Shown here piece by piece: positions 1 through 10,062 of a stretch of DNA of 64,000 nt. The position numbers were made by a program, and so were the translations under genes. Every line of letters begins with the position of its first letter. Position 1 is the stretch's first letter. A model generated the notes under the pieces. That model worked only from the letters and a program-made list of their open reading frames with translations. It was not told where the DNA came from and did not search any database. Where the stretch lies: contig VRVR01000011.1 in assembly GCA_009859145.1 (NCBI GenBank), positions 12,097 to 76,096 of the forward strand, in the 5' to 3' direction. This DNA comes from Andalucia godoyi And28. Lineage: Eukaryota > Protista > Jakobida.

Positions 1-315
1 TGTTGTGTGTGTGTGTGTGTGTTTTTTCTGATAGTTCTCTTTCTCATCCTTCGGTTTTGGATATGCTTGTTCGCAGACCGCGGGTGACGTTAGAGCGTTT
101 TATTGTAGGCAAGTATAACAACAAGAGGAAGGAACCATTAAAATGCCTCTCGTGATTGTTCTCATTTAATGAAAGAATAAACCAAGAACCACAACTGGTG
201 CTTGTGAATGGAATATAATTGTGGTAATAAAAAAAATCGCAACTGAAATCCTTCTTGAGCAAGGCAAGCTCCTTTATCATTGCTTCTCGACGAAGTGCTC
301 CAGTGTGCTGGGGCC

Positions 316-1314
316 GAAGCCCTGCTTGAACGACACATGAATCGAGCGCTCTACCGCAATGGATGCCGTTCTGTTGTCGCAAAACTGCTGAAGTCGTATC
401 GTTCTCAACCAACGATTATGAATGTATCATCGCAGTTGTTTTATAATGATAAACTCTAGTTTTTCGAGTCTTATCCAAAGAATTTGTTTTCTCATCAACC
501 GGTGAATTCAGCTGCCCAGTGCACAAGTTCCAATCTCCTTCAACGCCGTCAATGGTGTGGAAGCGCGAGAGCGCAAGAACCCGTCTTTTTTCAATTTGGA
601 AGAGTGCGTTCACGTTGTGCAAAGTATCACATACCTTCTTCGCACTGGCGAGATAAGCAAAACCGACATCGGCGTCATTGCATGCTATCACGATCAGGTA
701 ATGAAACTGAAAAGCGCTTTTTGCTACCGCGGATGGCGTGATGTTGAAGTCGGGTCTGCAGAAGAATTTCAAGAACGCGAAAACTAGTCATCATCACATC
801 AACCGTCCGTTCTCTTTCCGTTCGCGATTCCGGCTTGCCGGTGAAAGAATGACATCGTTCCGTTGGATATCTCAGGAACGAAAAACGGTTCAACGAAGCG
901 GTCACACGACCGCAAGCGCTTCTCATCATCATCGGAGATCCACGTGTCTTTATTCTCGATTCAAGTTGGCGTGCCATGCTTCAGTATGTGCAAGATCACT
1001 CGTGTGTGGATCAAACGGGTGATCGGGAAATTTGGGAGGGTGCAAGGAAGGTTCATGATGCAAGAATGGCAGTTATTGCAGAGGAGCAGGAGAGTGAAAC
1101 AACGGATGATGATGATGATCAGGATACGAGCCACGAGGGAACTCCCAGTAAAACAGCTGCAAGTAACCCACAAAGTCGAAGAAAACGGCGTCTCTCGGAT
1201 TCAAAATCGCGTTCTCTGGGACTCCTTCAGGAGTTTGTGCCGTTCATCTCATTCTCCTTGTTAACTTCCATGTCCAGCGCTGCTTTCATGAGAAATTGTC
1301 TGACTCCAGCCTGA
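316..1314 (+). pseudogene. MOV10/SDE3/Armitage-type SF1 RNA helicase, C-terminal helicase domain, disrupted
   Basis: Manual translation across frames gives LLERHMNRALY..AKLLKSYRSQPTIMNVSSQLFYNDKL* (TAG 457-459), LPSAQVPISFNAVNGVEARERKNPSFFN, DIGVIACYHDQV, VEVGSAEEFQERE/KLVIITSTVRS (frameshift near 782) and VGYLRNEKRFNEAVTRPQALLIIIGDP, then an acidic tail. These follow the order of UPF1-family motifs and resemble MOV10. Confidence 0.75.
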
Positions 1315-1790
1315 GAGGCGTTGTGCCGGGCTTGAACCACTGCTTCATCCTTTTCTCGGTTCGTCTGCTCGTGTTGAGCATGCCTTGGCTCTTTCCCTTT
1401 CTGCGATCGGGATTTGAAATCTCGCATCTCTGTGTGTTCAAGTTCTGGGAATTGATCTTGTGCAAGAGATGGTACGCTGTCTTTACGCAAGTGGCTGGGA
1501 AACAATTGTCACGACGTGCCGTGGGCTGAAGATTGCCGATCCAGAACATCGGTTTCCTTCACATTCTCCTATTAATGACCGGAGCTTTCACGGGATTGTC
1601 TGCGGAACCCTGGTAAAAGCAAACACACGCGGCGTCCGGTTTTCTCGCTGCATTTGTTCTTGCAAGGCACTCGGAACATCTGGAATTGGAATCGTGGACG
1701 ACATGCTTAAACCGCCAGTGAGTGCCATGGCCTTTTTCCGTCTTCCTTTTCGGTTGCGATTTATCAAGCAAAAACAATAGCTTAACAAAA

Positions 1791-4700
1791 TTACTTAATG
1801 GGAAAGATCGGCAGAGCGATCAACCAACGCGCAATTGTTAGTAAGCCCCAAGCTACGTAGCCAGACACAATAACACTACGGCACTCTGACGCAACGCACG
1901 CGTACGCCAGAGGGACACAAGAAGCAACGTTTGAGAAAAGCTTTAGCATGGCTGCAACCATAGCTTTCTCCTTGTCTGACGTATCTGAAATTGTTAGTGC
2001 GGACTGACAGTCGTACCACGCCGACACAATAGTCAACACGAGCATAGCAGTACCGGTAGCAGATGTCAGCTGGCTGATTTTCAGTGAATTTGTTTCCCAA
2101 GTCGGTGGGTCGTAGGCCTTCCATTTGGAACTTGCTCTGTACAAAGCGCAGTCGCAAATAACCGGACAAAAGGCCAGGACAGTTAGTAGATAGTCTGGCC
2201 ACGAACAGAAGGCACCTGAAAGAGAAAACACTGCCAAGATCGAGCCAACATTGAGGAATCCAGAAACACCACCGCACAGTATTTTGAAGGCCAGTCCACA
2301 GAGGCTTGTAGAACAGCTTTTAGACAAGTCAAGGAAAGCATAGATTGTTCCAGTGATGAATGAAGCACCAAGGAACACTGCGTCAAGAGTAGAAGTCGTC
2401 AGCGAGGAAGTCTGTGATGGTTGCTGATCTGTGCCTATCGGCGTTTTCTGCCCAGCGGTTGGTGCAGAACTGGAGACACTTGAAGCTGCGTTAGGTGATT
2501 GTAACAAAGCTGACGACTGAATCAGCTTGGTCTGGATGCCACCAGAGTTGTTTCCAGCAGTCTGTACGGGGTTTGAGGGATCGGAGAATCCTACGCAGGC
2601 CAAGAACTGCGAAAACGAAGTACAGTTAAATACTGCGTCGGCGTCCGCTGACGTAAGCTGGCTGAGCGGCGAAGATACAATGTTACCAAGGATCGACGTG
2701 AACACACCAGCCACAAATGACACAATGTTGATGACGGTGCACTCTTCTCCGACGAACTTGGTAAATAATGGAGAAATGACAGGGATGTTGATGGTCATTG
2801 AGAACAGTGCTTGAAGAACCTGCACGACACTTTTAGCAAGTTGGGTGACAAGACTGATAACAGACTGAGCCGTATCTATCAATGCAGTTCCGATGAACTG
2901 AATGCCGCTCTTCACAATGCTTCCAACAGAAGTACCGCTTGGATTTGAACAAATATTGCTCACAAAACTCTGAAAATCGGACTCCAAGCTCGAAAGCTCG
3001 GTCAGAATTGCGCTTGCAAAAGCTGAATCAAACGATGAACCAAATGTCTCAATTGCGTTCTCAAACGCTGCAATATCTGTGAACAAGCCACTTCCCGACA
3101 AATCACTGCTACTACCGCTGCCAGTTGCAGCATTGCTCACATGGTCAGATGCCCATGAAGCGTGTGGATCGTTTGCTGTCTGTTGAGTCGAAGGGTTATT
3201 TCCGGAATTCATGTTCGTACTGCTCGCGGAGGATGGAGGAGAAAACCCTGTCAGTGCCGACAACTCACTTTCAAGCTTCGCAAGACCTTGACTGGCTTGA
3301 GAAGCAGCATCTGAAATCAGATTCGAGACACCATCCATTGTGCACCACAAAAATCCGCGGATGACTTTTCCGCAATTCACCATGTTAGTCCAGTTGAAGA
3401 TCTTTCCGAGCCACGCCACAATATCATCAAACACCACCTCAATCACGTTCGTGAAGATCCAGTGGGCGACGGCGAGCACGTCTTCGATGACGGTCGTCCA
3501 AAGTGCAATATAGTCGTTGATCACGATCGAAATGCCCTCCTCGACCCACGACACTGCCATTTTGACATCCGTCACCGCACCGCTCCAGAGATGCTGCAGT
3601 GCATCGCCAACGCTGGAAAAGAAACCTCCACCTTCACTCGAGGCAACGGCTTTCGCAGGAGCGGACATGGTCGTGCTTGCAGTGCAAGAGACGCCGGTGG
3701 ATGCCCCCGTCTGGAGCGTAAAGCCGCTGAAGTTCGCAGGCTTGGCGGCGTTGTTGATTTTGCTGGCGGACTGTGCCACGGAGCCCAGTGAGTTGGTAGC
3801 AGACGGAACGACAGTCTCCATGACGTACGTATTTGCATCCACCAGCACGGTCGCACTGCCGAGCGTGCTACCGCTGGCTACCGGAGTGCCGGACCGTGCG
3901 GAGCTGATGGAGGCGAGCTGCTGCAGTGCGGCTGCTGCGGCCGACACATTTGTAGCGCTGGTGTTCGCGGGAACCAGCTGCTTGGTCGTTCCATCGGACT
4001 GCGGGATGGTGGTCGACTGGAGCGATTGCGACGAGGCAGCGGCGAACTGCGCGTCGATTCCTTTGGTGGGCGCAATGGTGATCGTGCACGACGGGAAGAT
4101 GCTCGGGATCGACAGCGTCACCGACGGACACACCAGCGTCTGCACCAGGAACGTCAGGGTGAGCACGCCGCCGCTGTTGAAGTTCACGGTGGCCGTCTGC
4201 GTCGGATCTGTGTACACCGCGCAGCCGTTGTATCGCAACAGCGCCACCTGGCTTGTGGACAGCGTGACCGGCATCTGCGTAATGTCCGCGGTGGGCGTCT
4301 GCTGCTGTGAGGCTGCATTAGGAAGCAGCGAGAGCCGCAGTACAAATGACGGCGATGGCACCGCGCCCGACACATTCTGCAGCACAATTTGTCCGGATGC
4401 CCAGCTGCCATACGTCGGGTCGCGCACATAGTGTGTAAGATTCGACGACGTATCGAGCACAACGAGCTCGGTGGCCGGATTCGAGGCAAAGGAGGTCATC
4501 GCTGCAAAGTCTTGCACATTCGTAAACATCATCGCGGGCTGCATCCACTGCGCCGTCGCCGCCTGCTGCTGGCGCACCTCGTAGACCTGCCCGGTGACAA
4601 GCTGCACAAACACATCGTGGACGCCTGCGCCACTGGCCAGCACCGAAATTTCCTTGACGGGCTGCCCAAGTGTCGATGCCGTTACCAGCTGCACTGGAGC

Positions 4701-5636
4701 GCACGTTGCAGCTCCCATCTGCACTTCGTACGGCGTGAATAGCTTGACACCAGTCGCATCGCTGACCACGAGCGCGGTTCCGCCGACCTTGCCGTCCGCA
4801 AACATGGTGGCTGGTAACAACGGCCCCACGGCCAAGGCAGACGTGTTAGAATCCGTGACAACCCCCTGGAGGGCATGGTTGAACACACCCTGCGGAACGG
4901 ACGTCGCGATGACCTGGCGTGTGTTGTCCTTGTACTGAACCAGCGAGAACAGGACGGCGTCCTCGCCCATGTTGGACTCGATGTTGGACAGATGACCGAC
5001 GGTGGTTGCGAGCACCGACGATCCGGTGACGGGCATCGGAACCAGGGTTGCAGGTCCAGAAGCACCTGCCTCGGGAATGATCCACGACTGAAGCAGACCA
5101 CTCGATGATGCGGTGGTGGCTGCAATGAACACCTTGCCGGCCGTCTGGCTGGACACCCCGGTTGCGAGTCCCTCGACGCTGAACGGAAACTGGCCATGTG
5201 CCACAAGTCTCTGCGCGTTCGCGGTAGTCTGTGAAAAGTCCGTAATGTGGTACACATACGATACACTCGTGCCGGTGGCCTTGCGTTGCGTTGCCAGAGC
5301 GACGACGGGAGGAATCGTCCCGTCCGGTGAGCCAGGACCCACCGCGAACTGGATTACGGTCTCGCCGGGTTGCAGTCCACCGTTGTTGGTCAGACACGTC
5401 TGCAGCCATCCGGTGCTTGCATTCACTCCAGGTGCAGACTGCTTGCGGAACATGTATACGTTCCCGTCCGTGCCGAGCGTGAACACAATCGGAAACGCCG
5501 TGTTCAGCGGATCCACGCACATTTGCATGCACGAGTGGGCGTTGGCATCAATGGGTGAGCCGGAGACATAGTTTTGCATCAACTGCGAGTTGACGGTCAA
5601 CGTATACGCCGGCGTTGCTGTTGTTGGTTGCGACAT
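1791..5636 (-). CDS. Large (~1281 aa) uncharacterised protein: N-terminal beta-rich region, C-terminal amphipathic/hydrophobic helices; candidate partner of the P47-like protein
   Basis: Uninterrupted ORF; likely start MSQPTT at 5636. Motifs NSQLMQNYVS, IVFTLGTDGNVY and TGWLQTCL, plus a helical block VIEDVLAVAHWIFTNVIEVVFDDIVAWLGKIFNW, resemble an uncharacterised fungal/bacterial family recalled from memory. Confidence 0.6.
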   Translation of the reverse strand: MSQPTTATPAYTLTVNSQLMQNYVSGSPIDANAHSCMQMCVDPLNTAFPIVFTLGTDGNVYMFRKQSAPGVNASTGWLQTCLTNNGGLQPGETVIQFAVGPGSPDGTIPPVVALATQRKATGTSVSYVYHITDFSQTTANAQRLVAHGQFPFSVEGLATGVSSQTAGKVFIAATTASSSGLLQSWIIPEAGASGPATLVPMPVTGSSVLATTVGHLSNIESNMGEDAVLFSLVQYKDNTRQVIATSVPQGVFNHALQGVVTDSNTSALAVGPLLPATMFADGKVGGTALVVSDATGVKLFTPYEVQMGAATCAPVQLVTASTLGQPVKEISVLASGAGVHDVFVQLVTGQVYEVRQQQAATAQWMQPAMMFTNVQDFAAMTSFASNPATELVVLDTSSNLTHYVRDPTYGSWASGQIVLQNVSGAVPSPSFVLRLSLLPNAASQQQTPTADITQMPVTLSTSQVALLRYNGCAVYTDPTQTATVNFNSGGVLTLTFLVQTLVCPSVTLSIPSIFPSCTITIAPTKGIDAQFAAASSQSLQSTTIPQSDGTTKQLVPANTSATNVSAAAAALQQLASISSARSGTPVASGSTLGSATVLVDANTYVMETVVPSATNSLGSVAQSASKINNAAKPANFSGFTLQTGASTGVSCTASTTMSAPAKAVASSEGGGFFSSVGDALQHLWSGAVTDVKMAVSWVEEGISIVINDYIALWTTVIEDVLAVAHWIFTNVIEVVFDDIVAWLGKIFNWTNMVNCGKVIRGFLWCTMDGVSNLISDAASQASQGLAKLESELSALTGFSPPSSASSTNMNSGNNPSTQQTANDPHASWASDHVSNAATGSGSSSDLSGSGLFTDIAAFENAIETFGSSFDSAFASAILTELSSLESDFQSFVSNICSNPSGTSVGSIVKSGIQFIGTALIDTAQSVISLVTQLAKSVVQVLQALFSMTINIPVISPLFTKFVGEECTVINIVSFVAGVFTSILGNIVSSPLSQLTSADADAVFNCTSFSQFLACVGFSDPSNPVQTAGNNSGGIQTKLIQSSALLQSPNAASSVSSSAPTAGQKTPIGTDQQPSQTSSLTTSTLDAVFLGASFITGTIYAFLDLSKSCSTSLCGLAFKILCGGVSGFLNVGSILAVFSLSGAFCSWPDYLLTVLAFCPVICDCALYRASSKWKAYDPPTWETNSLKISQLTSATGTAMLVLTIVSAWYDCQSALTISDTSDKEKAMVAAMLKLFSNVASCVPLAYACVASECRSVIVSGYVAWGLLTIARWLIALPIFPIK

Positions 5637-6104
5637 TCTGGTTTTTGGTCGGTTCGTTGGTTGTTGCGTTGTTGCGTTGTTGCGTTGCTTTGGGAGAGGA
5701 ATTTGGGAGGAAAAAGAGAAGAATGAAAAAGAAAGACATGAAGAGGATAAGAAACAATTCAACCGACAGCAACTCGTCTGGGGCGCATTTCGATCTTTCT
5801 TGCCAACCAGATCACATGCGGGTGCGAAAGGATCCTGCGAGCATTCTGATTTTAATGCTTGGCGGAACAGAAAACTGCTAATGCATTCAAGTCCGCAGTA
5901 GCCGAATGTCGCAGCAGAACGCAACAATCGTGATCCGGCTCAGAGTGCCGCTCCCATCCGCGTCCCTCCCCTGCGAGATAAAGATGAAAGCACCACACCG
6001 TGTTGTGTGTGCGACTTCTTTCTTTTGTTTCCTTCTCACAAACTCGTCAAACGATCTCCATCTGCAAAGACCTTCAGCGAAAAGGAAAGGAAAAGAGAGG
6101 GAAA

Positions 6105-7547
6105 ATGTCTTCTGCCCCGTCGCCGTACAACATGGTTCTGGCCGTCCCCTTCCAGACCCTCAACTCCCAGATTGCGCTCTTGTGGGCCAATCCGGACGCA
6201 ACCACAGTGCCGTACCCGAAGCGCTGGCCAAGTGGCTGGCTTTCTGTGCCGGCCTCCGCGGGAGCCGTGGACCTGATCGTGCAGTCACCGCTGCTTGGCG
6301 CATTGCCGAATTCGACCAGCCAGATTGCGGTGCAGATTCCGTTCGTGAGCGGCTCCATCACACCCGCTGGAGCCAACACACCGGTGCCGGTCACCAACGG
6401 CTGGGCGCTCTCTTTCACGGCAAGCGTTGCGCTGGCCGCCATGACGCCGTCGACGTCCTCTGCTCTTGGATCGTGTTCGCAGGCCACGTCCACTGCCCTG
6501 TCCACGCTGTCCAACCAGCCCGGAGTGCGTGTGCAGGCGGCGACCCTTGCAATCGATCTGACTTCCTCCGTGGAGACGGCCTCCTTTACTGTGAATGGGG
6601 CACCCGCGTCCGGGGCCGGCTACCAGCAGCTTGCGGGTGCTCTTGTTACGCTGCTCGCCCAGAACTGCACGTTTCCTGTGGGAGCTGCAGGCCTGTTTGC
6701 AGCACCAGAGCCGAACCAGCTGTGGACTCCGTCGACGGCGTTTGTATCCGTTGCGAGTAACCCGCTTTCTGGGTGCCTACCATGCATGCTGTTCAACATG
6801 AACACCGTCGGAAACCCGACGCCAGCGAATCCGCTTGCCGGATGGAATCCTTCGATGCTCGTAGCCAGCAGCGAACTCAGTGCTGGTGTGGCCTTGCGCC
6901 TCTTCTGCGATCCGAATCCATTGATGCATGCCATTGCCAGCTCTCTTGTTGCGCAGTTCAACGGCATGTCGCAGCTGACGGGTCCGACGCAGGTGAGCAA
7001 CAATGTCATATCACGTGCCATTCCAGCCAACTCGTCGCAGAATATGTCTGGCGGCAGCTTGTCGTGCACCGTGACGCTCAGCGGCTCCGAAGTGATCCTA
7101 AGCTTCAGTGCGACGGTGACACAGGAGGTGAAGTTGGTGTTCATCCATACTGGAGACGTCCACTATTGGTTTTCTTCATCAGTCACCGTCCCCATGACCG
7201 TGAACAGCGCCACGGAGAATCTTTCATTTGGCACTCCAAGTGCGCCTTCTCCTGTGCAGAGCGGCAACGATTCCAGTGTTGGGGACGACATCATCGAGGG
7301 TCTCTCCTCCGCGCTCCTCGGCGGTTTGGACCTTCAGGGCTTCCTCACTGTCGAGGTGCTGAAGAATCTGTCGCAGACGCTGCAGTCGGCCCTCTCCTCC
7401 AACCTGGCAGTAGCGTCCACAATGTCCATCGTGCTACCTGGTTCCACCGGACTGTTCATTCGGAATCCGCACATGGCACCGCTTTCCCCGGCGCCTCTCG
7501 TCGAAATGATGGCTTTCGATTGCACCTACAACAACAATTTCGCATAA
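6105..7547 (+). CDS. Probable TULIP-fold, Clostridium P47/OrfX-like lipid-binding protein (~480 aa)
   Basis: ORF with likely start MSSAPS at 6105, divergent from the 1281-aa gene. N-terminal YNMVLAVPFQTLNSQI, then QIPFVSGSI, GWALSFTASVAL and LAIDL strands, resemble P47-like proteins. No signal peptide seen. Confidence 0.5.
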   Translation: MSSAPSPYNMVLAVPFQTLNSQIALLWANPDATTVPYPKRWPSGWLSVPASAGAVDLIVQSPLLGALPNSTSQIAVQIPFVSGSITPAGANTPVPVTNGWALSFTASVALAAMTPSTSSALGSCSQATSTALSTLSNQPGVRVQAATLAIDLTSSVETASFTVNGAPASGAGYQQLAGALVTLLAQNCTFPVGAAGLFAAPEPNQLWTPSTAFVSVASNPLSGCLPCMLFNMNTVGNPTPANPLAGWNPSMLVASSELSAGVALRLFCDPNPLMHAIASSLVAQFNGMSQLTGPTQVSNNVISRAIPANSSQNMSGGSLSCTVTLSGSEVILSFSATVTQEVKLVFIHTGDVHYWFSSSVTVPMTVNSATENLSFGTPSAPSPVQSGNDSSVGDDIIEGLSSALLGGLDLQGFLTVEVLKNLSQTLQSALSSNLAVASTMSIVLPGSTGLFIRNPHMAPLSPAPLVEMMAFDCTYNNNFA

Positions 7548-7774
7548 CGCGCAAAGAAAAACCGCCTTTTTGTTCCACTGAGGCTGCTGAGCGCGTAGTT
7601 CTCATTGCACACCAGACTGGCTGCTGCTGTTGGATGTACCATGGTCCCTGTTGCAAAAAGTAAAACCACGAAAACTCGTCTCTTTGTCTTACTTTGAATT
7701 GTGTCTCTGGAGGCAGAGGATCAATTTTACATTTGGATCACGTTCTTGTTCTATGGGGCGACGAAGGTTCACGT

Positions 7775-8914
7775 TTACTGTTTCGCCTGCGAAGGAGGTT
7801 GAGTGTTTGCGGTTGCTGAACCCCGCCAGTACAAGTCGAGTCCCATGTGAACCCTCACGCTCTCATGACCGTCGCGGAAAACGATATCGCCTGCCTCCGA
7901 GTTGGCCAGCAGGCTTGGCACGTTCTGCTCCACTGGAAACGTCGAAACTCCGGGGCGAGTAAAGTCCGGTGTCAGCGGATAGTCGCCCTCTGCGCGCGTG
8001 GTATACAGGCACCCCGTGGTCGATGGCGAACTCCCAGGAGCCGGCTTGGTCCACATATAGTACGACGGCACAGTCCCTTCGAAGCACCATTCGCGCGGAG
8101 TTCCGATGATTTGATACAGCGTCTTTGCAAAGCCCGCAACGATGGGTTCAATCGCTTGAATCTCGGGTGCTGCAAGAGACAGTGCTGGATCGAGCGCTGC
8201 CAACGAAGATGCAGCACCGTCCAGAGCCCCGCCGAGCGCTTCACAGAGCGAATGAACGACCTGGTGCCCCGCGAGCGACTTCTTCCATAACCCGTTCACA
8301 ATGTCGCGAATGTCATTCTGCTGCTGGAACAGCGACCGCAGCTTGGCAAGCGTCGGCGAGTTTGGATCCTCCACGTGCCAAAGAAACGGGTGAAGCGTGA
8401 TCTTGTGGTAGTCCACGGTTGCTGACTCCAAATCCAGGCCCGCGGTGATCATCGGAAACACAAGCTGCTCGCTGTGGCCAGCTGCATCAGACGGCTTCCA
8501 GTCATGGCCGCGGAACGCGACGGAAAAGCTGCTGGAGCATGCACAGTACAGCTCAGGATCTCCTACGCGGGTGTTCGCCTTGAATCCCTCCACGGTGATC
8601 AGCATCCCGAGAAAAAAGTCACGGTGCTTGCCCCAGTGCTTGTTCAGTGATTCGAATCCGGTGGCAGAGATGCGAAGCGCATACGGCTCTGACAGCGTGC
8701 CCGTTCCGACAGTACTCGTTGCTGTGAGCGCGTTGCGAATGGCCGTGCGGATGTCTCCAACCCGGAAATTCTGCGCCGACGAGACGTTCAGCTTTTGCAA
8801 AAAGCTTGCCAGCTCCACCGGCAGGCTGTCGCCCGGCTCCAGATTGTCCAGTTCGTGCGCCAGCTGCCCCAGTAAAAGAGGTACCTGCGTCGGCGTTGCT
8901 GCAGAAATGCTCAT
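7775..8914 (-). CDS. Hypothetical protein (379 aa): beta-rich body with an inserted Ala/Gly-rich hydrophobic helical hairpin
   Basis: Clean ORF preceded by a T-rich leader; no family recognised. Confidence 0.7.
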   Translation of the reverse strand: MSISAATPTQVPLLLGQLAHELDNLEPGDSLPVELASFLQKLNVSSAQNFRVGDIRTAIRNALTATSTVGTGTLSEPYALRISATGFESLNKHWGKHRDFFLGMLITVEGFKANTRVGDPELYCACSSSFSVAFRGHDWKPSDAAGHSEQLVFPMITAGLDLESATVDYHKITLHPFLWHVEDPNSPTLAKLRSLFQQQNDIRDIVNGLWKKSLAGHQVVHSLCEALGGALDGAASSLAALDPALSLAAPEIQAIEPIVAGFAKTLYQIIGTPREWCFEGTVPSYYMWTKPAPGSSPSTTGCLYTTRAEGDYPLTPDFTRPGVSTFPVEQNVPSLLANSEAGDIVFRDGHESVRVHMGLDLYWRGSATANTQPPSQAKQ

Positions 8915-9774
8915 TCTTGGGCTCTTTGGATTGTTGTTTGTTTGGTCGAAAAAAAAAAGAAAACGCTGACGAACAGAGCATTGAATTTTTGTTGGTGGCG
9001 CCGTATGGAGTCTTCGACGGCGCAGGGATCAGCATCGGATCCTGTCCGTGTGCGGATTGTAGAATGTGGCAGCAATCCATTCAGTGAGCCATTCCGCCAA
9101 CCAACAAACCCCTTCGACGTCCTAGCACAGTGCGCAACATCGATGTGAGCAGAAAATGGTTCGCGGCAGCTGCACCCCTTTTACGTACAAGGAATTGCCA
9201 TCCTTTTCAAAGATCCTCCAGCGTTGTAACAATCCTTCAATCCAAAAGAGGACATCGGCAAACAGCACACTGTGTTCTGGCGCTACGGATGCAGGCGTAG
9301 CAATTCATTTGCTGTGCCCTGCAAAATGCGAGATTCTGCAACAGTGACTCTGTGTTCCCCTCAATACTTACTGCAGGAGGCAACATGTATGTAGCATAAA
9401 CTGAGCGTTATGAACGTTAATCAGCACTTATTTCTGTGCTCAGAGCGCAACGGCTGCGCAAAACGGAAGATCTGGAGGCACATGCCGATGCACTGAATAC
9501 ATGAACAGCACAGAGAAACAACAGAAATGCGCAGCCATGCGAACTCGAGTTCACATGAAAAGCGACTTGGGTCGTAGCACCACTCTCACTCAAAACGAAG
9601 CATGTAAAAAGAGTCATTACGGAGCGAACTGGAATTGCAAAATCAAAGAAATATGAAAAACAAAAAATCCTGGTCCAGAGCCTACCCGGGAACCGAGCCC
9701 TGGAGGTTTTGTTTCTGTTTGCTGAATGCAGATGAATTTCAAGGTTCGGCAGTCTCTCAATAACTCAGGATTGC

Positions 9775-10062
9775 ACGCCGCTCGATACAGGGCCTCCTAG
9801 GTCCCGCAGACCTCCTAAGAGACCACGTGTCACTACGCCTGCTGCTAGGGCCGTCAGAATCAAAATGCACCCTTCTCAGGAACAACGTGTCACGCTGAGA
9901 AAGTGGCTCACCGATTGATCGAGATTGGGAACGGAGCGCGGAGCATTTATCTGAAGAACGCCGAAAGGCGTGTTGGAGCCGATCCCCTTCCCGGCGACGG
10001 GATGCAAGATTGAATATGCATGTCCGTTCGTAGATATGCATGTTCAGTGTATAATGTAGGCG
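9775..10062 (+). mobile_element. Non-autonomous Fanzor2/TnpB derivative, family A, copy 1 (5'-truncated or deleted)
   Basis: Encodes AARAVRIKMHPSQEQRVTLRKW (TnpB N-terminal motif) fused directly to IDRDW/NGARSIYLKN (RuvC-III). About 125 bp (9839-9963) are identical to the reverse complement of the 43.4-43.6 kb copy. Homology ends at ATGTAGGCG (10062). Confidence 0.85.
9966..10062 (+). ncRNA. Putative Fanzor omegaRNA scaffold (family A)
   Basis: CCCG-GCGA-CGGG GNRA hairpin; ATGCATGTC...TTCG...GATATGCAT stem; lies at the element right end and overlaps the 3' end of the ORF remnant. Confidence 0.7.

Noticed and set aside
457-459. TAG inside the helicase as evidence for stop-codon reassignment
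   Set aside because: Neighbouring frameshifts indicate decay, and intact genes such as OGDH and the GCH II-like gene read normally and end at TAA/TAG/TGA.
3462-5571. Long plus-strand ORFs (e.g. 3517-4431), and similar shadow ORFs at 33089-33964, 36450-37286 and 62418-63308
   Set aside because: Antisense or alternate-frame shadows of longer, better-supported genes in GC-rich coding DNA.
9038-9049. 12-nt match (GATCCTGTCCGT) to the predicted B1 guide
   Set aside because: The first six guide bases (seed) do not match. A 12-mer hit is plausible by chance given four guides, several offsets and both strands.
9282-9301. GCTACG-GATGCAGG-CGTAGC hairpin containing TGCAGGCG, like the element right end
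   Set aside because: No upstream scaffold motifs or Fanzor codons.
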